Of a stretch of 64,000 nt of DNA, positions 1-14,100 are shown one piece after another (the stretch's first letter is position 1; each line of letters starts with the position of its first letter). The translations under genes were made by a program, and so were the position numbers. The notes under the pieces were generated by a model. It was not told the DNA's origin, searched no databases, and saw only the letters and a program-made list of their open reading frames with translations. Source of the stretch: Octopus vulgaris (Eukaryota); contig OX597814.1 of NCBI GenBank assembly GCA_951406725.2, forward strand, positions 132,680,001 to 132,744,000, written 5' to 3'.

Positions 1-432
1 ATTGGCAGAATTTAAAGAGACGAAAGATTTAATACTTGGAGGAGACTATCTAAGATAGGTAGATTTATGATGAGCTTATATAAATATGATAAACGAGGTC
101 TTCAGAAAATATGTGTTGTATGGATGGTCTTGTGTTGATATGGAAAGCATAAGGAGCTGAACAAGATGTCTTTGGAGTTTTTCATGTAAAAACTTAGTTT
201 CTTTACTAATGTGATACAATTCTGTTGATAAAAGTGAACATCCTTTTATAGGGCTTCTCATTGCAAATACATACTGTTGCTCTAGAGAGATAATTTTATG
301 GACTTTACTAAGAAAATATGTTTGAGGTGTTGTAGCAGAGTATACGAGAAGTGGAAATAGATGGGAGATTATTTACAGAATTATGATCGTGTATAATGTG
401 CCTTATAATAATTTGTATTATTATGAAGCATT

Positions 433-620
433 GATAGCACGCCGGGCGAAATCCTTGGCGGTATTTCGTCAGTCCAGAATCCAAATTCTGGTGAGGTCGA
501 ATTTGCCTTTCATCCTTTCGGGATAGATAAAGTAAGTATCAGCCGAGTACTGGGGTCGATGTAATCGACTATCTCCTTTCCCCAAATTTCTGGCCTTGTG
601 CCTATAGTAGAAAGGATTAT
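433..620 (+). mobile_element. tRNA-derived SINE, family A (5'-truncated)
   Basis: Matches the fuller copy at 5769-5988 (gcacgccgggcgaaat...gcctttcatcctttcggg...ctggggtcgatgtaatcgact); flanked by direct repeat attattatgaag (putative TSD). Confidence 0.85.
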
Positions 621-804
621 TATGAAGAATTAAATGCTGGGCTTCTTGTGATTCTAGAGGGCATCATAAGTCTGATATAATGCAATTCTAGGACAGTCGA
701 CTCCTACATAAGTGTCTCGTGGCAATTTCTCCTGATCTGTTGCTCACACGACAACTAAGAGAACATTAAGAAAAAAACTCAATTATGGAGAGCCAAATGA
801 CTCT

Positions 805-938
805 TATGAAGCATCAATAGTTAGCACGCCGGGCAAAATGCTTGGCGATATTTCGTCCGTCTTCACATTCGGAATTTAAATTCTGTTGAGGTTGACTTTG
901 CCTTTCATGCTTTCGGGATAGGTAAAGTAAGTACCAGC
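805..938 (+). mobile_element. Partial local copy of the family A SINE
   Basis: Shares the flank ttatgaagcat and the variant cgggatag.taaagtaagta with the 433-620 copy; bracketed by a ~65-bp direct repeat (737-802 / 946-1011). Confidence 0.75.
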
Positions 939-1823
939 CTCGTGGCTGTTGCTCACACGACAATTAAGAGAACATTAAGAAAAAACTCGAATAATGGAGA
1001 GTCAAATGACTATTAGTAGAACTGGAATTTTATTTTCATATTTTTTCTTTTATTCAGTAAGACGAATTGTCCAATAATATCATTCACATTCTTTATATCA
1101 GTAGATGTATACCTCTAAATTTGCAAGCTATGCGCCATATGCAAATATAACAGTAATTAATCAAAATAATGAATAATGAAATAATTGATAACGACAATAA
1201 TTAATAATTGTATAATGAATAATTATAATAATTAATTCTTACATTTCTTGACACATATGCAATCCAATTTATCTAATGATAAGATTATCCTCCTAAATCA
1301 ATTTAATTATACCACTGTTATTGCAAATGGTAGGCTATACAACTCAAGAAGTTCCAGGCACGGCGATTCTTGAAGTCCTGTAGGTTGTCTGCTAATCTAA
1401 AAGTTGAATGTAGGTAACATTTCCGTTTGATATTCCGGAAAATCTGTAAATCTGAGTATCTAACTTTAACTAATCGAATATGCAGAAATAATTGCAGTAA
1501 GTGGTGCTATCCACCTTATCCAACAAACAAAATAATTACAATTAATGTCAAGCTTTAAAAGCCAGTGACTTGGTTTGTCATGTCCTCATAATGTCAACAA
1601 ACATTTTATCGGTTCAATTAAAAGCAAGTAAGACCGTACCTGTTTCTACTACTATGTGTAAGACATGTTAAACTGATATTTCGTAAATATCTCAAAGTAT
1701 ACATTCCTTCGATTAAAAACAAGAACTCATATCATACAAAGATATAAATACAGTATGGATGTTATTAGATTCATTTTAGCCAGTGACATTTGAAAAATAT
1801 TTTCTATTTTCATTTCTGAATAG

Positions 1824-1910
1824 AAGTAGAGCGCTTTCTAGGACTTCTCGTCAATAATTCAATAATAAGATTTATGCGGCGTGCAGGGCAGCGTTCAAAT
1901 GAAGTTACAG
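1824..1910 (+). other. Candidate 87-nt internal exon (phase 1-1), xVERFLGLLVNNSIIRFMRRAGQRSNEVT
   Basis: Pyrimidine-rich acceptor tttctattttcatttctgaatag, donor CAG|gtatgt, one open frame, length divisible by 3. No homology recognised. Confidence 0.25.
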
Positions 1911-2322
1911 GTATGTCGAATTTATAATGTTTTTACATCCAACGTGAAGCAATTTGCTTTATTTATCTAGTTAATATCTTTGCGAATAACATGAATGTTG
2001 CACGCTCTAGTTCTCAGTAGAATACGTCCTTACCACTGAGACATTATGATTGGTTATTACATACTATCTAGACTTTTAAATTTGACCTGGAATTATTGTT
2101 CTATCGTTTGCACGGGTTTTGCTGTGTGTCTGTTAGGTTGTACCCTCACCCTGACCACGGCTTTCAACCGATTCTGATGAAACTTGACACACACATAGCC
2201 CAATGTCATTTCAGCAAGACGGAGTTATTAACTGGCATCTGTTTCCCCAGTTCTGAAAAAAATTGATAAATTCGACATGGGGTCAAGAATCAGAAACACA
2301 AACCACAGACTGTCTAGGGGAC

Positions 2323-3080
<758 letters not shown>

Positions 3081-3972
3081 TGTTTCTTTATTAGCCACAC
3101 AGGGCTGCACACAGATAGAACAAATTACAAGGTAGAGCTTTTCTTTTGAAGGTTTAAAAAAAAAAAAAAAAAAAAAGGAAGGGGGAGTTTCGATCAAAAG
3201 GGATCGTAAAAGGAGAGAAAGAGGACAAAAAAAAGGGGGGTTAAAAAAAAAAGGGGGGAGAGGAAAAAAAAAAAAAAAAAAAAAAATTGATCAATAGGGA
3301 TCGTTATCACAGAAATGTCAATATGAAGTGTAAAGGGGAGGACAGGTGAGGTTTACCCGTGGAAAGAAAAGCCTACGGAAAAGACCACGGTAACCTCGGT
3401 CAATGAAGTCACATTTTATATTTCTTTTTTTTTTTTTTTTTTTTTTGCAAATAAGCAACTCTCTGTTTTCGATTTCTGGGTTCATAGGACTATGCTCAAT
3501 TAGGCTTGCTATATACATACATATACGCATACGCACACACATACATACATACGTACACACACAAACATATACACAAACACAAACACTTGCCTCTCTACTC
3601 TCACTTTCCTTTTCAAGTGGTACTTGAAGAAGTTGATGAGAGATTGACCAGAGAGGAAAGTGTTTGTCTCCAATCCTTTCAGACGCTTCCACCAGATAAA
3701 CAGATATACAACATATATAACTATACATACATACATACACTCGCGCCCGTTTGAAGGAAGGAGGCGTGACAATATTGACGATAGACTCAGCTGATAAACC
3801 GACTCGTCCCACACGTGACAGCAGTTGTTCGACATAAGCCCACAGGTCGGAAATTGTTGGGCACTGAACGAGTGCGTGCAGAACGGTTTCGTCGCTCTGA
3901 CCGCATCTCGGGCAGGTCGGCCCCGTGTTTCTCGAGCCGTGTCTGTAGAGCTTATCCCGAACGGGCAACTCC
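3081..3972 (-). mobile_element. L1/Tx1-type LINE, 3' fragment (C-terminal zinc-binding region, 3' UTR)
   Basis: LPVRDKLYRHG...CPRCGQSDETVLHALVQCP..LWAYVEQLL (CCHC zf-RVT-like); 3' UTR with AATAAA followed by a (TATC)n tail. Confidence 0.85.
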
Positions 3973-4491
3973 ACCTTTTTCACTCTAGCAAAAAATAAAT
4001 TTACCATAATTTTCTTTCCATTTTTTTGCTATTTTTTGGCTATAACTCTCTAAAAATGCTTTATAGTTATTTCCCTTACAAACCCGAGCAACGCCGGGCG
4101 ATACTGCTAGTAGAATATATTTCTTAACTCGACAGCTCTTTCAAAAAGCTCGGATTTATGGAATAATCGTAATGTTCAAAATTTGGTAATATCACTATAT
4201 GACTATTTACTGGTTGCATACACAAGACGTTTTGTGTATTCTCTCTGTATACTATAAACATTTTGGTTACTAAGTAAATCCGAGCTTCCTGAAATAACAG
4301 TCAACCTATATATAAGGCTTTTTCTCTACCACTGATACTTTGTTCTTTTAGATCTATACAACTACATAAATTGTCTGCGAATACCGCAGAGTTGCGGCTT
4401 TCTTACAGTTTATTTACATTACGTAGGATATGCCAATTTTTCTCTCTCTCCCTCTCCCTATCCATCTGTCTATCTGTCTGCCTGTCTACCA

Positions 4492-4560
<69 letters not shown>

Positions 4561-4643
4561 AGATAGATATATATATACATGCAGACAGCTCGATGTGCTC
4601 GTGGCTAGACACTATGACGATGACGTCGTCCGCGTATGCAGAC

Positions 4644-4696
<53 letters not shown>

Positions 4697-4697
4697 T
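3965..4697. repeat. Copy 2 of the ~750-bp direct duplication, with second Helitron 3' end (CTAG 4107-4110)
   Basis: Sequence identity to 2323-3080 apart from a few substitutions, tract lengths and a 47-bp insert. Confidence 0.9.
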
Positions 4698-5768
4698 ACA
4701 ACAACAGCAACAGTAATACCATGTATCACGACGACTTATAATACCGTGAAGAATAACAGAATTAATGTAAAGCAAAATGAAAAATGCCCCACGTGTTTTT
4801 GATAATGTTCGACTGAAACTGGAAAAATCAAAATCAAATCAAATAACATGAAAACGATTTGAAATTTTGTATTTTTATATTTCTAATATCTTTGAATTTT
4901 ATGCACAATACTATAAGAGATACTTTATGCCATCCTGTGTGAAGCCTATATATTTCACGTTTAGGAACATTAAGATATTCAAAAGTTATAAACAGAAAGC
5001 TGAAACCTCCTCCGCTTACTATAGTGCCGGCATATCATATTCTTGGGAGATGTAATTTACACTCAGACATTAGTTACAAAATAACAATTAACTAGAAGGA
5101 AAATACATTTAATTCATGGTTTCATTTAATACCATAATTCGTTTAAAAACTGAAATATAACGAACTCTACAAATGTAATTAAATCACTCTAGCATATGTG
5201 AGCCTAAAAATGAGCTTCTATCTACAAGAGAGAGCAGCCAGTCTCTTGTCAGTTACATCCAGCTATCATAGACATTTATTTCTATTTCTAAACGTGCGAT
5301 ATCTACTGCTGACTGTAGTGAGCGTGTTGTTAAGTTGGTCGAAGCCGTGACCTAAATGAGGTTTGTTGTCGTGGGGTTTGTTGATGTTGTGGTCGTCGTG
5401 GTAGCTGCTGGTGAATGAAAATGTATTTCTAGGGTTGCGTGTAGAAGTAATTAAAAACACTCACGAAGCTTTCCTTACTTCACTTGTATATTCTGTCTTT
5501 TGGTTTTTGAAAAAAGTAACAGACAAAAAACAGCGACAATTACTCACTGAGAGAAACATACTTCTAGGATCCACGACAATTTAATTGCTATAGCAATTGC
5601 GACTCGAACATCACAACTGAAAGTAGTTGTGCTATATTCATGGCGACAAAATCTGTGCTTTCTATCTGCCAACAGCTGATGAAATGAGACTGGAGACGTC
5701 GGGTAGCGGTCTCAATATTCATGGTGTTACCGCCAAAAACTACCTTTACATAGAACTCAATGAGAAAG

Positions 5769-5988
5769 GCAGCGAGCTGGCAGCAACGTTAGCACGCAAG
5801 ACAAAATGCTTAGCGGTATTTCGCCTGCCGTTACGTTCTGAGTTCAAATTCCGCCGAGGTCGACTTTGCCTTTCATCCTTTCGGAGTCGATAAATTAAGT
5901 AGCAGTTACGAATTGGAGTCGATTGGAGTCGATATAATCGACTTTGCCTGTCCTTGTTTGTCCCCTCTATGTGGGCAATAAAGAAATA
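5769..5988 (+). mobile_element. tRNA-derived SINE, family A, near full length
   Basis: Head ggcagcgagctggcag..., B-box-like gagttcaaattcc; perfect 17-bp TSD agaactcaatgagaaag (5752-5768 / 5989-6005). Confidence 0.9.
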
Positions 5989-6321
5989 AGAACTCAATGA
6001 GAAAGTTCTAGTAGCTGACGATATGTGTATCTCTGATCTGTTTCGAAACCTACCGTTCTCTAACCTGGTTATACATTCATACTTAAACCAATAATTATTG
6101 GTGCACTTGGTTATGCTGATAAGTGCTTGACCACAATATTCAAAAGCTAGAATTTTCAGGTTAAGGATCGGAGCAGCCAAGATCCACTTTACAATCTATA
6201 GTGGATCACTAAAAGTAAGCATCGTTTCCCTAAAGTTCATTATGTTCAACGATAAATCTACATACATTTGTGTCGAGACGTTCTACCGTTTACAAGAATT
6301 TCAAAAAATTAATTAAACTGG

Positions 6322-6349
6322 TGACGATGACGACGACGATGACGATGAC

Positions 6350-6390
<41 letters not shown>

Positions 6391-6451
6391 CGATGACGAT
6401 GACGATGATGATGACGATGATGATGACGACGACGACGACGACGACGACGAC

Positions 6452-6489
<38 letters not shown>

Positions 6490-6505
6490 CAACGACGACG
6501 ACAAT
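6322..6505. repeat. (GAT)n/(GAC)n trinucleotide microsatellite
   Basis: Direct reading. Confidence 0.95.
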
Positions 6506-7186
6506 GAATATGGCTAATTCAGTTGATGAAAAAACTCCACATATTTGATGAATAGAAGCCAAGCTCTCTGCAATCTTCTTTTCAGTATGCTTGCATACAA
6601 CAAACACATTACACAACTATGTGTCTCTGAATACTTTAAGCATCTACTCCTATTCGTAATTCATTGTCTCTTTTTCCTTCTTTCTTCTCTGAAACAGTAT
6701 TACCTCAAGCTTGGAGAGTTTGCTATTGATATGCAAATTGAATCGGATTTTTATATTTGGCCTATCGTTCCTCTTTCCAGTTTATTTGCAAATTGATTTA
6801 CAAATTCTCTATCCGGAAGTAACACAAATTAATACAAAAACATAATTTGTTTGAAGCATGGAGTACTCATGTTAAAGCATTTGTAATATACTTTTAAAAT
6901 AAGGCACAAAATGGAACTTTCTTAAGAAATTAAACGTTTTACAGGGAAAACAAAATCAACACAAGGGAATTGTTGCATTCTTTAAAGAAATCGACTTTGA
7001 ATTGATAAGCTGTTTGACTACAACATATCTCAATTCCTTTGTTGTATTACTACAAAGCGTTCCGTTAATACATTATTGATGAGATTTCGTCTGTCGAAAC
7101 ATAGATCTGTAAAAAACATAAAACTAATAACGATCAAATAAATCAAATTGGTTTTCGCTTTCAATATACATATCTATATATGGCCC

Positions 7187-7675
<489 letters not shown>

Positions 7676-9351
7676 TCATGAATTTTTCGTCAGAGAAAAT
7701 ATCTATCATCATTTGGAAAAAATTGCCGATAATATTTGTATAGTGAAGATACTACCAGATTGACAAGCAAAATATGTTTGATTACGTTCCTTAAGTTCAC
7801 ATCTCTTTGAAGCTGAATATGATTCTTATCTCTCTTGAATCTACAAAAAGTGTGTTTAATGTACTGTGTATGATATTACCGACTGTTTTCGCTTCATAAA
7901 AAATAATAGATTGGCGCTGTTGGTAATGTACAAAACAAAATTTCTTGCTCTATTTATATGTACTCCTTTCGCTTTCTGATTTCGAATCTGATATTGGTCC
8001 AATGTAATATCGTGAACTTCTGTCAGAATTTTCTGTGGTTAAAATTATTGCTGCGATGTAAATAAGTAAGTAGATAATTCATATAACAAACGTATGTTTA
8101 TCGTTTGTCCGAGAACAGAGCAAGCATTGAAAGAGAAGAAATCATCGTTGTTGTTGCTGCTGCCGTTGTTATTGCTGTTGTTGTTAAGCAACAAGACGGG
8201 TAAGGGTGATTAGGAGATGGTCTAGGGCCAAGGGGCGGGAGACCCCAGACCTTGGAAAAAAAAACTTTGGTCGTCTTGTAGTCGAGGGCTCTTCGTTGAC
8301 GCCCTCGAATTCGCTGGAAATGGAGATCTCCAGGTCCAAATTCTTGAACAGCTGTTGTTGCTGCTGTTGCTGCTGCTGCTGTTGTTGTTGTTGTTGTTGT
8401 AGCTGCTACTGTTGTTGCTGTTTTTGTTGTTGTTGTAGAATCAACGTGCTGGTAAAATCGTTAGTGCGTGAGAATGAATATCCTGCTTTAGGAATTAAGA
8501 CCAGTATCAGCATTACTTTCAAAGAAGAATTCTCCCGAGAAGTACATAGACAGTTTAATATTCGGATAAGCTGTAATCTAATTCACTCATACTAAATGCA
8601 CGACTGTCCTGTAAACTAACGAACCATTCCATCCGAGTTTTTAAATTTCCGATTCTTCAAATGATCTTTGTTTTATTTATAAGCTTTCAAGATTTGATTT
8701 TTCTCCTGGAATTCATTTTAATGGCTGAGAAAATATCAAAATAATTTAACAAATATCGAATGCTTAAATTTGTTAATGCTTTTAGTTTTAGAATTATATC
8801 ATTCACTCCTTGAAAAAAGTTTCTAGCAGTTCAAACTGACAGCATGACATACATATATAATTTGCAGGAGATGCCGTCTCTGCCCCGAAGAATCCTTGTC
8901 TATTCTGTGGACTAACAAAAAATCCTTAATAGATTTTCTGAACGACTCTCGAGATGCCTATACACATAAATATACTTTCACACAATGGAGAATGAATTTT
9001 GAGGAACCGTTAACATAATTTAATTCACTTTAAGGTATCGATAACTTGAGTTTCCTTTTAACCTCCCCATTCTTAGAAACACCAAGTAGATATCTAACTC
9101 GCTTTGTGATCATGAGTGCACCAAACCCTACGTGTGCGTGTGCTCACATTTTTGCGGATGCTTGTATGAGCGAGTGTATTCGTGCCATGCAGCTTGCTCG
9201 AGGGCTTTTATACATCCATATTTGTTAACGGTTATTTTTAATATCTTCCTCGCTGGATTGCGTGTTCATGTCTCTTTTTGTCATCTGTGAATTCATTTTT
9301 GATCTTCTATACCGATGAAGATATTTCCTCCATTTGGCTACTTTTCTTTCT

Positions 9352-9479
9352 ACAAAACGGGAAATTACACTGCGGAACTGTTATTTTAACGAGTTTTATT
9401 TATTTGTCACCCGACACAAAACGGGAAATTACACTGCGGAACTGTTATTTTAACGAGTTTTATTTATTTGTCACCCGAC
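9352..9479. repeat. Perfect 64-bp tandem duplication
   Basis: acaaaacgggaaattacactgcggaac...tgtcacccgac at 9352-9415 and 9416-9479. Confidence 0.95.
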
Positions 9480-9620
9480 GAGATGCATCTGTACCACTGG
9501 ATGGCCTTGGACCAGTTGTTGAGTGTCCCACCCATGAGGAATCGATGGTAGGTGTGTTGAGACAATTGTCATGATTAAAAATAAATTCTCGTATATTCCA
9601 TCTTCCGTCTTTCATTTGCC

Positions 9621-9687
<67 letters not shown>

Positions 9688-9795
9688 TAATCCAAAACAT
9701 GAAAACACAACAACGCGAGGTCGTGGAACAAGTATAGTGTTATTGGAGGCTCAGAAAAGGAAAGAAAGAAGGAGGATTTACCGTTTCGAGTGGAG

Positions 9796-9853
<58 letters not shown>

Positions 9854-9859
9854 GAATAG

Positions 9860-10398
9860 TAACCGCGATCCTACGACCGCGAGTCCGCCGCCCTGTACTC
9901 TTTCACCACAACTTTCTCTCACACTTTCTTCCTGTTTCTGTATTTCAAAGGGCCAACTTTGTCACACTCATTTCACGCAGAATCTGCTCAAGAACTACAT
10001 TAAGGGTATACGTGTGTGTGGAGTGCTCAGCCACTTGCACGTTAAAGGAAATGAACTGCTACGTTGATCGGATCAACTGGAACCCTTGTTGTAACCGACT
10101 GGAGCTTTATATATATAGTAGTACAAGTATATATATATATGTTCTGTATCTTTGAGTGTTTAATGAGCGTAAACATCTAAAGCTCTCACCACAACTTTCT
10201 CTCACACTTTCTTCCTGTTTCTGTATTTCAAAGGGCCAACTTATGTCATACTCTTTTCACGCAGAATCTGCTCAAGAACTACATTAAGGGTATACGTGTG
10301 TGTGGAGTGCTCAGCCACTTGCACGTTAATTTAATGAGCAGACTGCTACGTTGATCGGATCAACTGGAACCCTTGTCGTCGTCACCGACGGAGTGCCA

Positions 10399-10400
<2 letters not shown>
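9860..10400 (+). mobile_element. Rearranged composite SINE (inverted family B head plus two tandem body/tail copies) in a TA tract
   Basis: 9860-9893 is the reverse complement of the SINE B head; ~200-bp body repeated at 9903-10105 and 10186-10398; the tail matches the SINE at 18419-18720. Confidence 0.75.
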
Positions 10401-10436
<36 letters not shown>

Positions 10437-11779
10437 GCAGAAGCAAACGCAGAAGCAAACGCAGAAGCACACATACATATATATTGATGGAGCTTGAAAC
10501 AAAACTACAATTATAATGTTGGAATGATTTTGATGAACAACGGTTTGTTTATTTATTTTATATTGTAGTAAGTAAAAAAAGTGTCATTGGTTTCCAGCAG
10601 TCCAATCACTGGTTCACTGCATTCCAGACAGCGAGAATGATAAGGGAATATCTATAATTAGATACGGAGCAAAATATTAGCTGTGACTACTTTTGTAAAG
10701 CTCTAGCTTTCAATTTTCTCAACAAAGTTTATTTCCTTTGTGACTATACACCAGCAAAAGTATTCGCCGATACATCATCCCCAGGCACACACATGCACAA
10801 ATTTATTAACCGCGAAACCGTGACTGCGACATGGTTTTCCACAAGGTCAATCTTGATCGAGCAGACCCATGATTAAAGACGTTCCAGTCATGTCCATTAC
10901 ACCTTTTCGTTATGACTACATTATCTGTTATGTTCGATTTTTAAGGTGTTATGGAGTAATACGAATAAATGTGATTGATATTTCTAGTGGGGCGATTAAC
11001 CAAGTGGAGGTTTCCTTATTTGCTCATTACTAAACTGAATTGTGCTGCCAATTAATGAAAACAAAACAAATAGCAACAATATAAGCCAGAAGGCTACGAT
11101 ATTCGATAATATATATCATGATGCACGTCCTGTCAAAAACACATTTTATGGTAAGAATGCTGAAATTTCTAAAGAAAGAGTTGGACTAATAAAATAGCAT
11201 CCACAAACAAATTTAAATAAATATAAATTGTCGAGTTGAAATACAAACAAGGGAATTGTCAAATACAATTTATCTAATTACCAAAACAAAAAAACTTCTT
11301 ATTTAAGAGAAATCTCAAATGTTTTCAAAACAAACTCGAATCAATATAAGTGAATGAAAAATGAGTTATAATATTGATTGCAGTACTGTCTATCTAATTA
11401 ACTATTGGCAAATTTCTAAGTGTTTGCATTTCGTGGCATTTTTTTCTGTTTTATACTTCAATCATGTGCAGTCACATATGTTAGGGGCAAAGGTATAAAG
11501 GAAAAAATACTAAAAAAAAACAAAAACACAAAGAAATAAAATATTCTGCGACTAAGATTAGATATAGAAATGAGTTCAGCTGTACGGTTCATGATGTGAT
11601 TTGCTTTTGCATATGTTGTAATATTACACTTGTTCATTTGTTCATAAATATGCATCCACACGCACACACACACACATACTCAGGTGACTATATAGACATA
11701 CGAACGTATATATGTGAATAATATTTATATATATATATGTATATAAAATATATATATATATATATGTAGATGTATATAT

Positions 11780-11868
<89 letters not shown>

Positions 11869-11872
11869 GATG

Positions 11873-11928
<56 letters not shown>

Positions 11929-12074
11929 AACACACACATACACAATCCGCCAAGAAAATGTATACCCACTCAATGAAAGGAAGAATGTGTATACGTATTT
12001 AACTTGTATAAGTACGTCTATGAATAAGTTGTTGTCGTTACTAGCTATGGTACTCATTAAGCCCTTACTCGCTT

Positions 12075-13235
12075 AAGACAGCAGCGATAAATAACAACTC
12101 GGCTGCCTTGCGGTAATACCCATTTAGTGGAAAGGCTTCGGGAGTAAACCCAGAGTATAAATCATGAGCCGGAGTCCCTCAGGCAGTTCGATGTTGCAAA
12201 CAACCTCGTACTGGAAACTCCTGCGACCCAATTGGTGCCAAGTCCTACTGGCCCCTGCCCTTCCCTTGGATAACACTGGTGGTGCCGATCGCCCACGAAA
12301 AACTGTCTAGGTCTGCGCTCTGGAGATGACACTCCAGCGCCGTGTAACTGCGGCAGCAAAACACGGAAAGCAGCAGTGTACCGGTTTTAGGCTTGCACAT
12401 AATTGGAGTAAGAGCAAGGCACCAGGGGCTGCTTTCGACAGAGAGAAAGGCCATTATAGCTCACTGGACAGATACCGCCTGCCTCAAGCTGGGCAGCTCC
12501 AACCAGTTAGGTGCTGACTCGTGACAGCCTACCTGCTTCACTGGGTGCCTGGAGTTTAGGGAAACTAACATCCCGAATCGTGAGCTGTAAATATTGCACC
12601 AAGAAAAATGAACAAACAAGCAAGTCATGCAAAATATCAGCATTCAGATTTGGATGTTGGAACATAAAGACCATGACAACTCGTCTGTCAGAAGACCTTA
12701 AAAAACACCAGGACAGAAGATAAAAACACCAAGACAGACAACTGGTCTGTCAGAAGACCTTAAAAAACTACGCAAGACAGTAGTGATCAACGATGAACTG
12801 TTTCGACTCCGAGTGGACATTACATCATTCCAGGAAACGAGACTCTCAGACTTGGCGACCCTTCATGAAAGAGATTATTCCTTTTTCTGGCAAGGAAAAG
12901 GCACAGATGAAGTCAGAGAGCATGGTGTCGGCTTTACTGTAAAGAGGTCTCTGCTAAAGTTGGTAGAACTCAACAGTGATGGCTCAGAGCAGATACTCTC
13001 ACTTCGATTACACATTTCTGATAGGGCTATCAACCTTAGTGCCTATGCTTCAACCCTCTTTTCTTCACAAGAGACCAAGGATAAGTTTTATCATCAGCTC
13101 TCTAGGAAATTACAGGCAATCCCAAATGGAGAAGAGCTGGTGCTACTTGGCTACTTCAAAACCAGAGTGGGAGCTGATCACCACTAGAGGCCGGGATGTC
13201 TGGGTCGGTATGGAGCTGATAACATGAACGAAAAT
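12075..13235 (+). mobile_element. RTE-clade LINE, 5' UTR plus degenerate AP endonuclease domain (3'-truncated)
   Basis: GCWNIKTM, LRVDITSFQETRL, FFWQGK..EHGVGF, SAYASTL..KDKFY, LVLLGYFKTRVG motifs; internal tandem duplication near 12675-12770 and a stop codon. Confidence 0.88.
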
Positions 13236-13239
13236 ATTA

Positions 13240-14100
13240 ACAATTTTTTAAATATTTTTTTTACCGAAAATGCTCCTCCCATGGTTTTGAAGTGCAAAAA
13301 AAAATTGACTAAAGTTGGTCCAGGGTCAGATAATAAGGTAGGGGATGTCCAAAGAAATTTTAAAACTTTTTCATAAAAAGATGTTCCCCATCCACATAAC
13401 ATCCACATAACATCTATTTTTAAATAAAGTGACAAATCCCCGTCAAACCGGAGTAGTTCCAACGTATTTGATCTTTCTGATCTGAAACTCCGTTTGGCGA
13501 AATTCCTCTCCCCACCTCTCGGAAAAACTTTTCCTTACAAATTTCTTTATAATCGTAATGTATGCCGTTTGAAAGGTATTTGTATAAAATTTCATTAAGG
13601 GAAATTCATTTTCTTGAAAGTTATGAGGGAAAAAACTCGGATCAGGTGAATTTTCCGAAACTCCTCTCCATACACCCACGAAAAAATTCCTTCCCACAAA
13701 TCCCTATATGCTCTGAACCCACATCAGCTCAGTGGTACTTGTTGAAAAAAAATTCGTTCAAAAGTATCTATTTTTCTGGAAGTTATGAGGCAACATAGTC
13801 AGTGAGGGTTAACATCTGTAGTCATACCAATTTTGCTTTTGTGCTTGCTTGCGAGCGTGCTTGTCTGTAATTTAATACAACCGAACCGGCGCATAGTGGG
13901 AAAATACTCTAAAAGTAATGTACACTTGAAATGTGAATACAAACGGAATAAAACAAATTTTCGTGTAAATCGGACCACGGATTCCCGAGATAGGCTGGTT
14001 TTTGGGGGTTACCTTCATAAATAGCCAAAACGGTGCAAAATGGGAAAATACACTGAAAGTAACGTAACCTTGAAATGGGAAAACTGTCTCCATTAATTTT
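13240..14100. repeat. Unclassified interspersed repeat that truncates the RTE
   Basis: Abrupt end of RTE homology; internal imperfect repeats (13873-13935 vs 14020-14083; aagttatgagg twice). Confidence 0.35.

Noticed and set aside
6270-6616. Poly-Met/Thr, poly-Ile and poly-Ser ORFs
   Set aside because: Trinucleotide microsatellite; no splice or homology support.
8206-8595. Cys-rich ORF resembling a metallothionein
   Set aside because: The Cys run is a (TGT/TGC)n microsatellite.
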